A stretch of 64,000 bases of DNA from an uncultured Alphaproteobacteria bacterium (GTDB taxonomy: Bacteria; Pseudomonadota; Alphaproteobacteria; Rhizobiales; Xanthobacteraceae): NCBI GenBank assembly GCA_963817015.1, contig CAWFMV010000006.1:10509-74508 (forward strand), given 5' to 3'. Position 1 is the first letter of the stretch. Each line of letters begins with the position of its first letter. Position numbers and translations under genes: made by a program. Shown one piece after another: positions 10,079 through 20,060 of the stretch. The notes below the pieces were generated by a model. The model did not search any database, had not been told where the DNA came from, and saw only the letters and a program-made list of their open reading frames with translations.

Positions 10079-11117
10079 ATGGCCATCCGCGACGGAATCG
10101 TCGACGCAATCGGCAACACGCCGCTGATCAAGCTCAAGCGCGCGTCGGAGGCGACCGGCTGCACCATCCTGGGCAAGGCCGAGTTCATGAATCCGGGCCA
10201 GTCGGTGAAGGACCGCCCGGCGCGGCAGATGATCCTGGAGGCGGAGAAGCGCGGCGAGATCAAGCCGGGCGGGCTGGTGGTCGAGGCCACCGCCGGCAAC
10301 ACCGGCATCGGGCTTGCGCTGGTCGCCAATGCGCGCGGCTATCGCACGCTGATCGTCATTCCCGAACACGCAGAGCCAGGAGAAGAAGGACATGCTGCGG
10401 CTCTGCGGCGCCGAGCTGGTCGAGGTGCCGGCGGTGCCCTACGCCAACCCGAACAACTACCAGCATGTCGGGCGCCGGCTGGCCGACGAGCTGCGCAAGA
10501 GCGAGCCCAACGGCGTGCTGTTCGCCGACCAGTGGAACAATCTCGACAACCGCAAGGCGCATTACGTCTCGACCGGCCCGGAAATCTGGGCAGCAGACCG
10601 GCGGCAAGGTCGACGGCTTCATCTGCTCGATCGGCACCGGCGGCACGCTCGCCGGCGTGTCGACCTATCTGCGCGAGAAGAAGCAGCGACATCGTCATCG
10701 GCGTCGCCGATCCGAAGGGCGCCGCGATGTACAACTGTTCACGCACGGCGAGGCCAAGGCGACGGAGGGCGGCTCGATCACCGAAGGCATCGGGCTCGGC
10801 CGCGTCACGCCCGATCATCGAGGACATCAAGGTCGACAAGGCCTATCTGATCCCCGACGAGGAGGCGGTGCCGATCATCTTCGACCTGCTCGAGCACGAA
10901 GGCCTGTGCATCGGCGGCTCGACCGGCATCAATGTGGCGGGCGCGATCCGGCTCGCGCGCGAGCTCGGCCCCGGCCACACCATCGTCACCATCCTTTGCG
11001 ACTCACGGCACGCGCTATCAGTCGAAGCTGTTCAACCCGGAATTCCTGCGCTCGAAGGGACTGCCGGTGCCGGCGTGGCTCGAGCGGCGATCGAACGTGA
11101 AGATGCCCTATGTTTAA
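10079..11117 (+). pseudogene. PLP-dependent cysteine synthase / CBS-like enzyme, about 6 frame breaks
   Basis: NTPLIKL...EFMNPGQSVKDRPA (PLP-lysine motif), EATAGNTGIGLA, CSIGTGGTLAGV and GGSTGINV fragments across ORFs 10025.., 10392.., 10465.. and 10932... One junction is resolved as gaa[c]acg at ~10372. Confidence 0.85.
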
Positions 11118-11149
11118 TGAGTCGCTCAAGTCGTGCCGCAACTCCGCTC

Positions 11150-11205
11150 ATTCCCGCGCGAGCGGGAATCCACGCTTTGATCTGGGTCCCCGCTTGCGCG
11201 GGGAC
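11150..11205. repeat. REP-like GC-rich hairpins (attcccgcgcgagcgggaat; gtccccgcttgcgcggggac)
   Basis: Two perfect 8-bp-stem hairpins in the cysteine synthase-sseA intergenic region. The second motif recurs at 44144-44163 and 44226-44245. Confidence 0.7.
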
Positions 11206-11240
11206 GAACGGCTGAGACGCCGCCGCGTAAGGAGAATGCC

Positions 11241-12107
11241 ATGACTGCTCCATCAAGCCGCTGGCTCGTCACCACGGACTGGCTCGCCTCGCAGCTCGGC
11301 AGCGCCCGATCTCGTCGCTGGTCGATGGCTCCTTCTATCTGCCGGCGCAGAAGCGCGACGCCGCAGGCCGAGTATCTGGCCGGCCATATTCCGGGCGCGG
11401 TCCGCTTCGACATCGACGCGATCTCGGACCATGCCAATCCGCTGCCGCATATGCTGCCGACGCGCGGAGCAGTTCGCGCCGCGACGTCGGCGCGCTCGGC
11501 ATCGCGCGAGACCGACACCATCGTGGTCTATGACGGCGCCGGCATGTTCTCCTCGCCGCGGGTGTGGTGGACGTTCCGGCTGTTCGGCGCCGAGAACGTG
11601 TTCGTGCTCGAAGGCGGGCTGCCGAAATGGAAAGCCGAAGGCCGCCCGCTCGAGACTGGCGCGCTCAAAGCGCACGGCCACGCACATTCCGCGCCGGCAA
11701 GCCGCCCGCGATCGTTGCCGGCGCTTGCCGACGTGCAGGCGGCGCTCGCCGAGCAAAGCTGCTCAGGTGGTCGACGCGCGGCCGGCCGAGCGCTTCCGCG
11801 GCGAGGCGCCGGAGCCGCGCCCGGGCGTGCGGGCTGGCCATATTCCGGGCTCGCTCAACGTTCCGTCGAGCACCTTGATCGAGAACGGCCGGCTCGCTGC
11901 CGCCCGATCAGATCAAGGCGGCGCTTCGCGGCCGGCGGCGTCGACATCGACAAGCCGGTGATCTCGAGCTGCGGCTCGGGCGTCGCGGCCGCGACGCTGT
12001 GGCTCGCGCTCGACGCGCTCGGCAAGCCGCCGCAGTCGCTCTACGACGGCTCCTGGTCGGAATGGGGCTCGCGCAACGATCTCCCGGCGGCGACCGGCAA
12101 GGACTGA
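11241..12107 (+). pseudogene. sseA: 3-mercaptopyruvate sulfurtransferase (tandem rhodanese), multiple compensating frame breaks
   Basis: AEYLAGHIPGAVRFDID, TIVVYDGAGMFSSPRVWWTFRLFG, VVDARPAERFRGEAPEPRPGVRAGHIPGSLNVP and the active-site loop SSCGSGVAAA. The true sequence alternates between ORFs 11241..12107 and 11431..11961. Confidence 0.8.
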
Positions 12108-12785
12108 TCAGCCCCGCCGCCGCGCCAGCGTCATGCCGTCGCCGATCGGCACCAGTACGCGATCGACGCGCTCGTCGGCCGCGATCTTGCTGTTGAGGTC
12201 GCGCACCACATTGGTGCGAAAGTCGTTGTTGTCAGGGTCGATGATCCGCCCGCCCTGGAACATGTTGTCGAGGATGACGAGGCCACCGGGCCGCACCAGC
12301 CGGAGCGCGGCTTCGTAATAGCCGTCCATGTTCTCCTTGTCGGCGTCGATGAACGCGAGATCGAAGCTGCCGGCGCCACCGTCACGCTCGAGCAGCTGCA
12401 AGGTCTCGATGGCCGGCCCGATGCGAACCTCGATCTTGTCGGCGACGCCGGCACGCTGCCAGAACGGGCGGCCGATGCTCACCCACTCCTCGCTGATGTC
12501 GCAGGCCACAATGTGCCCATCGGCTGGCAGCGCCAGCGCCATCACGAGCGCGCTGTAGCCCGTGAAGGTGCCGATCTCGACCGTCCGGCGTGCTCCGATC
12601 AGGCGCGCCAGAAGGGTGAGGAAATGTCCCTGCTCGGGCGCGATCTGCATGCGCCCGCGCGGCAGGCTGCGCGTCACCTCGCGCAGCTTGGTGAGCTCCG
12701 GGTGCTCCGGCGGCTCTTTCGACTGCAGGTAGGCATAAAGCGCCTCGTCGTTGAGCGCCCGCGCGCGCGTCGTTCGTGTAGCCAT
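12108..12785 (-). CDS. class I SAM-dependent O-methyltransferase (caffeoyl-CoA OMT-like family)
   Basis: VEIGTFTGYSAL SAM motif, FDLAFIDADKENM, GGLVILDN. Start MATRTT at 12785. Its stop abuts the sseA stop with no intergenic spacer. Confidence 0.9.
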   Translation of the reverse strand: MATRTTRARALNDEALYAYLQSKEPPEHPELTKLREVTRSLPRGRMQIAPEQGHFLTLLARLIGARRTVEIGTFTGYSALVMALALPADGHIVACDISEEWVSIGRPFWQRAGVADKIEVRIGPAIETLQLLERDGGAGSFDLAFIDADKENMDGYYEAALRLVRPGGLVILDNMFQGGRIIDPDNNDFRTNVVRDLNSKIAADERVDRVLVPIGDGMTLARRRG

Positions 12786-12904
12786 GTCCAGACCCGGTTT
12801 GAAATCGCAAGAGCCCATATGCAGAAGACTTTGCGCTAACGCAACATATGCCAGCTCTTCTGCGTTCATTCTATTGCGCCCCCGCAACCCGATGACAACA
12901 GTCG

Positions 12905-13654
12905 TTGACAACAGCAATGGCAAATCCCAAAGCGAAAGTCGCACTCATCACCGGCGCCGCTCACGGCATCGGGCGCGCCATTGCACGGCACCTTCTCGAC
13001 AACGACTGGCGCGTCGGCGTGGTCGACCTGCCGGGCGCCGGCCTCAAGCGCGCCTATGCGGGTGACGCCCGCCGCGTCTGCCTGATCGAGGGCGATGTGG
13101 CGGAGGAAAAGACAGCGCACGACGCGGTCGCGGCCGTCACCGAAACATTCGGGCGGCTCGACGCCCTCGTTTCCAACGCAGGCATTGTCCACGAGAAGCC
13201 GCTGCGGCAACTGACCTACGACGAATGGCGACGCGTCATCGACGTCAACCTGTCGGCCGCCTACCTGTTTGCGCGCGCCGCCGACAAACCGCTGCGCGCC
13301 GCGCATGGCGCCATCGTGCTCATTGCATCGACGCGCGCCATCATGTCCGAGCCCGGCAACGAAGCCTATGCGGCCACCAAGGGCGGACTTGTCGCGCTCG
13401 CGCATGCGCTCGCCATGAGCCTCGGTCCCGATGTGCGGGTCAATTGCGTCAGTCCCGGCTGGATCATGACCGGCGACTATGCGAGCTTGCGCCGCAAGGA
13501 CCACGCCCAACACCCGGTTGGCCGCGTCGGAAAGCCGCAGGATATCGCTGAGATGGTCGCCTTCCTGCTCGACCGCGATCGTGCAGGATTTATCACAGGC
13601 GCCAACTTCATTGTAGACGGTGGTATGACCCGGAAAATGATATACGAAAGATAG
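12905..13654 (+). CDS. SDR-family oxidoreductase
   Basis: TGAAHGIGRAIA cofactor motif, NAG, YAATKGG catalytic Y-x3-K; 249 aa intact. Confidence 0.9.
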   Translation: MTTAMANPKAKVALITGAAHGIGRAIARHLLDNDWRVGVVDLPGAGLKRAYAGDARRVCLIEGDVAEEKTAHDAVAAVTETFGRLDALVSNAGIVHEKPLRQLTYDEWRRVIDVNLSAAYLFARAADKPLRAAHGAIVLIASTRAIMSEPGNEAYAATKGGLVALAHALAMSLGPDVRVNCVSPGWIMTGDYASLRRKDHAQHPVGRVGKPQDIAEMVAFLLDRDRAGFITGANFIVDGGMTRKMIYER

Positions 13655-13744
13655 CCAATTTTTGCCTGTCGAAAGGTTGCAACAAGAACTATATTGCCGG
13701 TCGCGGCATAAATATTTTCAGGCACTCCTAAAAAAGGGCCAGAT

Positions 13745-14782
13745 ATGATTTTCCGTCAGCTCTTCGATAGCGTATCCGGCACATATACTTACCTGCTCGC
13801 CAGCCGGCGCGGTGGCGAGGCCCTGATCATCGATCCGGTACTCGAGAAAACTCAACGTTATATACAGCTCATCAAAGAGCTCGACCTCAGGTTAGTAAAG
13901 GCGGTCGACACGCATCTGCATGCCGATCACATCACCGGGCTCGGCGCGCTGCGCGACCATACTCATTGCATCACTGTCATGGGCGAGATGAGCAAAGCGG
14001 ACGTCGTATCCATGCGGCTGTCCGACGGCGACAAGCTCACCATCGAAGGCATCGCGCTCGAAGCCATCTACACGCCCGGGCACACCGACGATTCCTACTC
14101 CTTCGCGATGAGCGACCGGGTGTTCACCGGCGACACGCTGCTGATCCGCGGCACCGGCCGCACCGATTTCCAGAACGGCGATGCTCGCGCGCAGTACGAC
14201 TCGATCTTCAACCGCCTGCTGAAGCTGCCGGAGGAGACGCTCGTCTACCCGGCACACGACTACAAGGGCGAAACCGTCTCCACCATCGGCGAGGAAAAGG
14301 ACTTCAACCCGCGCCTGCAGGTCAAGTCGATCGACGAATATGTCGAGCTGATGAACAATCTCAACCTGCCCAACCCGAAGATGATGGACGTGGCGGTGCC
14401 CGCCAACATGAAGGTCGGCTTTGCGCAGGAGACGATCGCACAGCGCGGCTGGGCGGTCACAGCCAAGGCCGCCATCGGCCTCGTCGGCCGTCCCGATATC
14501 GCGCTCGTCGACCTGCGCGAAAAGCTCGAGCGCGAAAGGGGCGGAGTCATCCCAGGCTCGCTGCATGCGCCCTATGCCGAGCTCGCCGCCCATGTGCGCC
14601 CTGGCGGCATGCTGCACGAGCTGGCGTCGGCAACAGGCAAGCGCCTGCTGTTCTATTGCGCCTTCGGGGAGCGATCCGCCATGGCGGTGCAGGCCGCGCA
14701 GGACGCCGGCATCGCCACGTCCTGCCATATCCACGGCGGCATCGATGCGTGGAGGAAGGCGCAGGGGCCGCTGGTGCGCTAA
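13745..14782 (+). CDS. MBL-fold persulfide dioxygenase (ETHE1-like) fused to a C-terminal rhodanese domain
   Basis: HLHADHITG metallo-beta-lactamase motif, TPGHTDDS, then a rhodanese active-site loop FYCAFGERS; 345 aa intact. Confidence 0.85.
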   Translation: MIFRQLFDSVSGTYTYLLASRRGGEALIIDPVLEKTQRYIQLIKELDLRLVKAVDTHLHADHITGLGALRDHTHCITVMGEMSKADVVSMRLSDGDKLTIEGIALEAIYTPGHTDDSYSFAMSDRVFTGDTLLIRGTGRTDFQNGDARAQYDSIFNRLLKLPEETLVYPAHDYKGETVSTIGEEKDFNPRLQVKSIDEYVELMNNLNLPNPKMMDVAVPANMKVGFAQETIAQRGWAVTAKAAIGLVGRPDIALVDLREKLERERGGVIPGSLHAPYAELAAHVRPGGMLHELASATGKRLLFYCAFGERSAMAVQAAQDAGIATSCHIHGGIDAWRKAQGPLVR

Positions 14783-14831
14783 CGATTTTTGAAAGCCCGG
14801 GATCAGGCTGAATTACGATCCGCTGGCAACT

Positions 14832-15146
14832 TCAACTTTGCGAGATGCCCGTCGATATGTCGGCGAGCCGCGGCTCCCGAACGCGCGCTACGACAAAGTT
14901 CCTTTCAACAATGGGCGGATAGTAGGCTTGTTTATTCAGGCCTGTCGCTCGCTCGAATTGCTCAGGCGGGACTTGCTGCTGCTGCTGCTGCTGCTTGCCC
15001 TGCGGCCACTTCCCTTCGGCCCACTCCGCGAGTTCCATCCACATCATTGCGGTATCGACCGTCCGCGCCCGCTCTTCAGGGTTAGCGGTTTGACGTGCCA
15101 CCAAAAGACAACGCCCTGCCCTGCGACGGTATTCGTCCGCATTCAT
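14832..15146 (-). CDS. small hypothetical helical protein with poly-Gln tract
   Basis: GGGGAG SD 6 nt upstream of the ATG at 15146. MNADEYRRRAGRCLLVARQTANPEERARTVDTAMMWMELAEWAE...KQQQQQQQV. The N-terminal pattern is shared with the next small ORF. Confidence 0.5.
   Translation of the reverse strand: MNADEYRRRAGRCLLVARQTANPEERARTVDTAMMWMELAEWAEGKWPQGKQQQQQQQVPPEQFERATGLNKQAYYPPIVERNFVVARVREPRLADISTGISQS
14973..14996. repeat. trinucleotide repeat ttg(ctg)6ctt encoding the poly-Gln tract
   Basis: Read directly at 14973-14996. Confidence 0.9.
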
Positions 15147-15260
15147 CGGCAACTCCCCATGCCCCATCGGTGTGCATGCGCAACACCGATGCGGCATAAG
15201 CGTTCCCTAAATCAGCAACGCTTTGGATTTTTGGTAATTTAAGACCGCCGCGGAGGGAAC

Positions 15261-15440
15261 TTATTGCAAGGAGGGATCCGATCGCCCCGACTTCGCTATC
15301 GCTTCGTAGGCGACGCTAACCTCAAGCCACCGCGCAGCCAGCTCCAAGTACATGTTCTTAATGTCAGGATCGGTGATCTCGGCGGCCCTTTTGCGGAACT
15401 CAGCAGCCTTCGCTTTGCACATCTCGGCATCAGTGGGCAC
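15261..15440 (-). CDS. small hypothetical helical protein (59 aa, GTG start), not in supplied ORF track
   Basis: Reverse strand: GGAGAG SD, GTG at 15440, VPTDAEMCKAKAAEFRKRAAEITDPDIKNMYLELAARWLEVSVAYEAIAKSGRSDPSLQ*, TAA at 15261-15263. The A-EFRKRA...A..W.E pattern resembles ORF 14832..15146. Confidence 0.4.
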   Translation of the reverse strand: MPTDAEMCKAKAAEFRKRAAEITDPDIKNMYLELAARWLEVSVAYEAIAKSGRSDPSLQ

Positions 15441-15534
15441 CGCACTCTCCGGAGCAGCCAGGGGTGCCTACGCACTAGCCGGAACTTCAGAGAGCGGTCT
15501 GTCCACAAGTGAACACAAGAGTTCCGATTTCGCA

Positions 15535-16338
15535 TCAATGCAAAATCTGACTCAGAAACAATTTCGTGCGCTCGTGCTGCGGGTGCTCGAAGAATGCCTT
15601 CGGCTCGTTGATCTCGACGATCTGGCCGGCGTCCATCAGCACCATGCGGCTCGCGACCTGGCGGGCGAAGCCCATCTCGTGGCTCACCACCAGCATGGTC
15701 ATGCCGTCCATGGCGAGCCCAACCATGGTGTCGAGCACCTCCTTGACCATCTCGGGATCGAGCGCCGAGGTCGGCTCGTCGAACAGCATGATCTTCGGCT
15801 GCATGCAAAGCGCACGCGCGATCGCGACGCGCTGCTGCTGGCCGCCGGAGAGCTGCAGCGGATATTTGTCGGCCTGCTCCGGAATGCGCACGCGCGCGAG
15901 ATAGTGCCGCGCCAGCTCCTCGGCCGCCCGCCGCGGCATATGGCGCACGCGCGTCGGCGCCAGCGTGCAGTTCTCCAGCACGGTGAGGTGCGGAAACAGG
16001 TTGAACTGCTGGAACACCATGCCGACCTCGCGACGCACCTCGTCGATCGCCTTGAGGTCCTCGGTCAGCTCGACGCCGTCGACGATCACCCTGCCCTGCT
16101 GCCAGTCCTCGATCCGGTTGACGCAGCGCAACAGCGTCGACTTGCCGCTGCCGGAGGGCCCGCAGATCACGATGCGCTCGCCACGCATGACCTTCAGGCT
16201 GACGTCGCGCAGCACATGGAAGCTGCCGAACCATTTGTTGACGGCCACGACATCGACCGCGACCTCGTTCGCGGTCGTGCGCATCTCAGGCGCCGCGCGC
16301 CCTCCACCGTCGGCCACCGGCTTCGCATTGTCGGCCAT
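15535..16338 (-). CDS. aapP: general L-amino acid ABC transporter ATP-binding protein
   Basis: Walker A GPSGSGKST, signature LSGGQQQRVAIARAL, Walker B MLFDEPTSALD. Start MADNAKP at 16338. Last gene of the aapJQMP-order operon. Confidence 0.92.
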   Translation of the reverse strand: MADNAKPVADGGGRAAPEMRTTANEVAVDVVAVNKWFGSFHVLRDVSLKVMRGERIVICGPSGSGKSTLLRCVNRIEDWQQGRVIVDGVELTEDLKAIDEVRREVGMVFQQFNLFPHLTVLENCTLAPTRVRHMPRRAAEELARHYLARVRIPEQADKYPLQLSGGQQQRVAIARALCMQPKIMLFDEPTSALDPEMVKEVLDTMVGLAMDGMTMLVVSHEMGFARQVASRMVLMDAGQIVEINEPKAFFEHPQHERTKLFLSQILH

Positions 16339-16343
16339 CGTGG

Positions 16344-17489
16344 TCACCGTCTCGCGCCGGTATCGAGCCGGCGCTCCGTGTAGAGAGCATAGCGCGACAT
16401 GGCGAATGAGATCACAAGATAGATGATCCCGGCGAACGCAAAACCGGTGAACAGCGTGACCGGCGTTGCCCAGTTGGGGTCGGCGAAGGCCGCGCGCAAC
16501 TGCCCGAGCAGATCGAAGATCGCGACGATCAACACCAGCGTGGTGTCCTTGAACAGCGCGATGAAGGAATTGACGATGCCCGGAATAACGTACTTGAGGG
16601 CCTGCGGCATGATCACGTAGCCCATCATCCGCCAGTATCCGAGCCCGAGCGCGGTCGCACCTTCGTATTGGCCGCGCGGCACGGCCTGCAGGCCACCACG
16701 AACCACCTCGGCCATGTAGGCGCCCGCGAACAGAACGACCCCGATCAGCACCCGCAACATCGGGTCCATGCGCCAGTTGCCCGGCAGAAACAGCGGCAAC
16801 ATGTAGGTCGCGAAGAACAAGACCGTGACCAGCGGTACGCCGCGCCAGAACTCGATGAAGATGACGGACAGCATGCGCACGACCGGCAGTCGCGACGCGC
16901 GCCCGAGCGCAAGCAGCACGCCGAGCGGCAGCGAGCCGATGATCCCGGTAAACGTGATCACCAGCGTCACCAGCATGCCGCCCCAGAGCCTGGTCTCGAC
17001 ATGCGGAAGCCCCAGGACGCCGCCGACCAGAAGGACGAACGCTACGAGTGGGAACAGGCCAAAGAACGCGATCGCATTCCATGTCTTGTAAGGCACGCGC
17101 GGGATGAGCAGCGGAACCAGCAGAAGAATCCCGAGCGCATAGGTCAGGTTGACCCGCCACTGCTCGGCTTCCGGGTAGAAGCCATACATGAACTGCCGGA
17201 ACTTGGCGGCGACGAACGGCCAGCAGGCGCCGACCGGACGGCCCAACGTTTCCACCAGACAATCGGTACGGCTGGTGCCGGACCAGACCGCATCGATGAT
17301 GAGGAAACGCAGAAGCGGTGGCAGAACAACAATCAGAACCAGCAGACTCAGGAGCGTCAGTATGGTGTTGAGCACGCCGCCGAACAGCCGTTGCCGCGCG
17401 AAGCCAAGCAATCCCCTCGTTGCCAGCGGCGGCGGCAGCGGCGCGATCAGCTCACGGCGGACATAGGTTTCCAGTGCGGCGGTTTTCAT
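16344..17489 (-). CDS. aapM: general L-amino acid ABC transporter permease
   Basis: 381-aa polytopic protein with the long AapM/BztC-type N-terminal region and the EAA-like loop (GQYEGATALGLGYWRMM). 5-nt gap to aapP. Confidence 0.9.
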   Translation of the reverse strand: MKTAALETYVRRELIAPLPPPLATRGLLGFARQRLFGGVLNTILTLLSLLVLIVVLPPLLRFLIIDAVWSGTSRTDCLVETLGRPVGACWPFVAAKFRQFMYGFYPEAEQWRVNLTYALGILLLVPLLIPRVPYKTWNAIAFFGLFPLVAFVLLVGGVLGLPHVETRLWGGMLVTLVITFTGIIGSLPLGVLLALGRASRLPVVRMLSVIFIEFWRGVPLVTVLFFATYMLPLFLPGNWRMDPMLRVLIGVVLFAGAYMAEVVRGGLQAVPRGQYEGATALGLGYWRMMGYVIMPQALKYVIPGIVNSFIALFKDTTLVLIVAIFDLLGQLRAAFADPNWATPVTLFTGFAFAGIIYLVISFAMSRYALYTERRLDTGARR

Positions 17490-17496
17490 TGCGGCC

Positions 17497-18786
17497 TCAG
17501 CGCTCGAACCGCCGGTTGGTGCGGGCGTTGTACCAGTTCATCAGCAAGCTCGTGATAAGCGAGATAGCAAGATAGACCGCCATGGTGATGGCGATGATCT
17601 CGATTGCTTGATGCGTCTGATTAAGCGTCGTGCCAGCAAACACTGCGAACAGGTCCGGGTAGCCGATGCCGACCGCAAGCGAGGAGTTCTTGGTCAGATT
17701 GAGAAACTGATTGGTCAGCGGCGGCACGATCACCCGCAACGCCTGCGGCACGATGATCAGCCGCAGCGCCAATCCGCGCCTGAGGCCGAGCGCAAGCGCC
17801 GCCTCGCTCTGCCCACGCGGCACCGCCAGGATGCCGGCCCGCACCACCTCGGCGATGTAGGCCGCCGTGTAGGTGACGAGCGCAAGCAGGAGCGCCAGCA
17901 ATTCGGGGATGAGCCGCACGCCGCCCACGAAATTGAAGCCACGCAGTTGCGGATGCTCAAAGCCAATCGGCACGCCAAGCGCAAGCAGCACCACAGCCGG
18001 CAGCCCTACGATCAGGGCAAAGGCCGTCCATCCGGTCGGAAATGTCTTGCCGGTGGCATCGCGCCGTCGCCGCGCCCAGATCCGCAGCACAATCGCCAGC
18101 ACCACAGCGAGCCCGAACGCGATCGCAACCCATGCGAAGCCGTCGCCCAGAAGCGGCCGCGGCAGGATCACGCCGCGATTATTGAGAAAGACGTCGGGCG
18201 GCCCGATCCAAGCGGCAAGACCTCGCCAGGCATCGGCGAACGCGGCCGGCAGGCCGATCGCCGCACTTGCGTCGCCGATTGCCGAAAGGACCGGCTGCAG
18301 GCCGAGGCCGATGCTTTGGCGCGGTCCCGGCAAGACGCCCAGCACGGCGAGGTACCAGAACAGGATCTGGAACAGCAGCGGCAGATTGCGAATCGTCTCG
18401 ACGTAGACGCCGCCGAGCCGCGCTATCAGCCAGTTTGGGGAGAGCCGCGCAATGCCGATGATGAAGCCGAGGACGGTCGCCAGCACACAGCCTATGACGG
18501 CAACCAGCAGCGTGTTCAGGAGACCGACCAGGAACACGCGTCCGTAGGTGTCGGTCTCGCTATAGTCGATCAGCGTCTGGTTGATGCCGAACCCGGCCGT
18601 ATTGCCGAGGAAGCCAAAGCCGCTGGCGAAGCCTTGCGCCTTGAGGTTGGCGCTCGCATTGACCGCGAACGCGTAGGCGCAAGCGAGCACCAGGACCAAG
18701 ACAACGACTTGGTAAAACGCGCTGCGGATCTTGGGGTTGTTGTGGACCGCTACCCGCGGCGGTCCACTCGGGGCCGGCTGTTTCAC
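17497..18786 (-). CDS. aapQ: general L-amino acid ABC transporter permease
   Basis: Polytopic, with EAA loop (GQSEAALALGLRRGLALR). The likely GTG start at 18786 overlaps the aapJ TGA (GTGA); the ORF is open to 18825. Confidence 0.9.
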   Translation of the reverse strand: MKQPAPSGPPRVAVHNNPKIRSAFYQVVVLVLVLACAYAFAVNASANLKAQGFASGFGFLGNTAGFGINQTLIDYSETDTYGRVFLVGLLNTLLVAVIGCVLATVLGFIIGIARLSPNWLIARLGGVYVETIRNLPLLFQILFWYLAVLGVLPGPRQSIGLGLQPVLSAIGDASAAIGLPAAFADAWRGLAAWIGPPDVFLNNRGVILPRPLLGDGFAWVAIAFGLAVVLAIVLRIWARRRRDATGKTFPTGWTAFALIVGLPAVVLLALGVPIGFEHPQLRGFNFVGGVRLIPELLALLLALVTYTAAYIAEVVRAGILAVPRGQSEAALALGLRRGLALRLIIVPQALRVIVPPLTNQFLNLTKNSSLAVGIGYPDLFAVFAGTTLNQTHQAIEIIAITMAVYLAISLITSLLMNWYNARTNRRFER

Positions 18787-19793
18787 CGGATCGGCGGCGC
18801 GTACTGAATGCCACCCTTGGTCCACAGCCGGTTGATGCCGCGGCTGATGCCGAGCCTCGAACCACTCCCGACATTGCGCTCGAAGACTTCACCATAATTG
18901 CCGACATGTTTGACGATGCGCACCGCCCAGTCCTTGGTCAGGCCGAGCTGCTCGCCGAAATTGCCCTCGGTCCCGACCAGTCGCTTGATCTCAGGCATGT
19001 TCGATTTCAACGCTTCATCCACATTCTTGGAATTCACGCCGAGCTCCTCGGCATTGATCATGGCAAAGTGGACCCACTTGACCAGATCGAACCACTGGTC
19101 ATCGCCGTGACGCACCATCGGCCCAAGCGGCTCCTTGGAGATGATCTCGGGCAGGATCACGTGGTCGTCGGCTTTCGCGAGCTTGAGCTTTTCGGAATAG
19201 AGCTGTGAGACGTCGGTGGTGAAGGCGTCGCAGCGCCCGCCTTCGTAAGCTTTTATGGTCTCGTCCGCGGTCGCGAACGCGATCACTTCGTAGCGCATGC
19301 TGTTGGAGCGGAAATAGTCGCCGAGATTGAGCTCGGTCGTCGTTCCGGTCTGTACGCAGACGGATGCACCATTGAGCTCGAGCGCCGAATTGACCTTGAG
19401 CGCCTTGCGCACCATGAAGCCCTGGCCATCGTAGTAGTTGACGCCAATAAAATTGTACGAGGCGTCGCGCGACAGCGTCCAGGTCGAGTTGCGCGAGAGC
19501 ACATCGATCTCGCCGGCCTTGAGCGCCTCGAAGCGGTCCTTGGTCGAGAGCGGCGAGAACTTGACCTTGGTGGGATCGTTGAAGATCGCTGACGCAATGG
19601 CGCGGCAGTAGTCGACGTCAAGTCCGGTCCAGTTCCCCTTGTCATCTGGAGTGGAGAAGCCGGGCAGTCCCTGACTGACGCCGCAGACCAGCGAGCCTCG
19701 GTCCTTGACCGTTTTGAGAGTCTGGGCAGTGGCCGGCGCGACCGCCAGGCCGAAGCCGATGGCCAAGCCAAGCGTGAATATGGCGCGTTTCAT
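18783..19793 (-). CDS. aapJ: general L-amino acid ABC transporter periplasmic binding protein
   Basis: Signal peptide MKRAIFTLGLAIGFGLAVAPATA, then AapJ/BztA-like sequence (LKTVKDRGSLVCGVSQGLPGFS...DVDYCRAIA). Confidence 0.92.
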   Translation of the reverse strand: MKRAIFTLGLAIGFGLAVAPATAQTLKTVKDRGSLVCGVSQGLPGFSTPDDKGNWTGLDVDYCRAIASAIFNDPTKVKFSPLSTKDRFEALKAGEIDVLSRNSTWTLSRDASYNFIGVNYYDGQGFMVRKALKVNSALELNGASVCVQTGTTTELNLGDYFRSNSMRYEVIAFATADETIKAYEGGRCDAFTTDVSQLYSEKLKLAKADDHVILPEIISKEPLGPMVRHGDDQWFDLVKWVHFAMINAEELGVNSKNVDEALKSNMPEIKRLVGTEGNFGEQLGLTKDWAVRIVKHVGNYGEVFERNVGSGSRLGISRGINRLWTKGGIQYAPPIR

Positions 19794-20060
19794 GCGAGCC
19801 TCTATAATTGGTTTGCGTTGCTGATGTCGTGACCTGTCTGGGTGATGACCCTGGGTTACTGCGTTTTACGTCTTGCCGAAAATCTATTCCGCCGCCGGCA
19901 AGCGCGCACCCCTAATGGCCCCGCGTCTCTGCCTGCATCTGAGAACGATTAAGCATCGTGGTCAAGGGGTTGACACGGTAAGCTCGATGCCGCCGTAAAT
20001 GCTGTGCGTGCGTGCCGGTATCCCCGCCTGGGAAGCGGACTCTAGCGAAGGAAGAAAACA

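Noticed and set aside
13692-13710. Operator-like palindrome upstream of the persulfide dioxygenase gene
   Set aside because: It has only 7-bp arms with a bulge (tattgccg / cggcata) and no cognate regulator gene nearby, so it is not supportable as a feature.
19794-20060. Possible SAM-II/SAH riboswitch or strong promoter upstream of metC
   Set aside because: No AAAGCU/GCUU pseudoknot-type elements were recognised. There is only a TTGACA hexamer at 19970 with a poor -10 region, which is not enough to call a feature.
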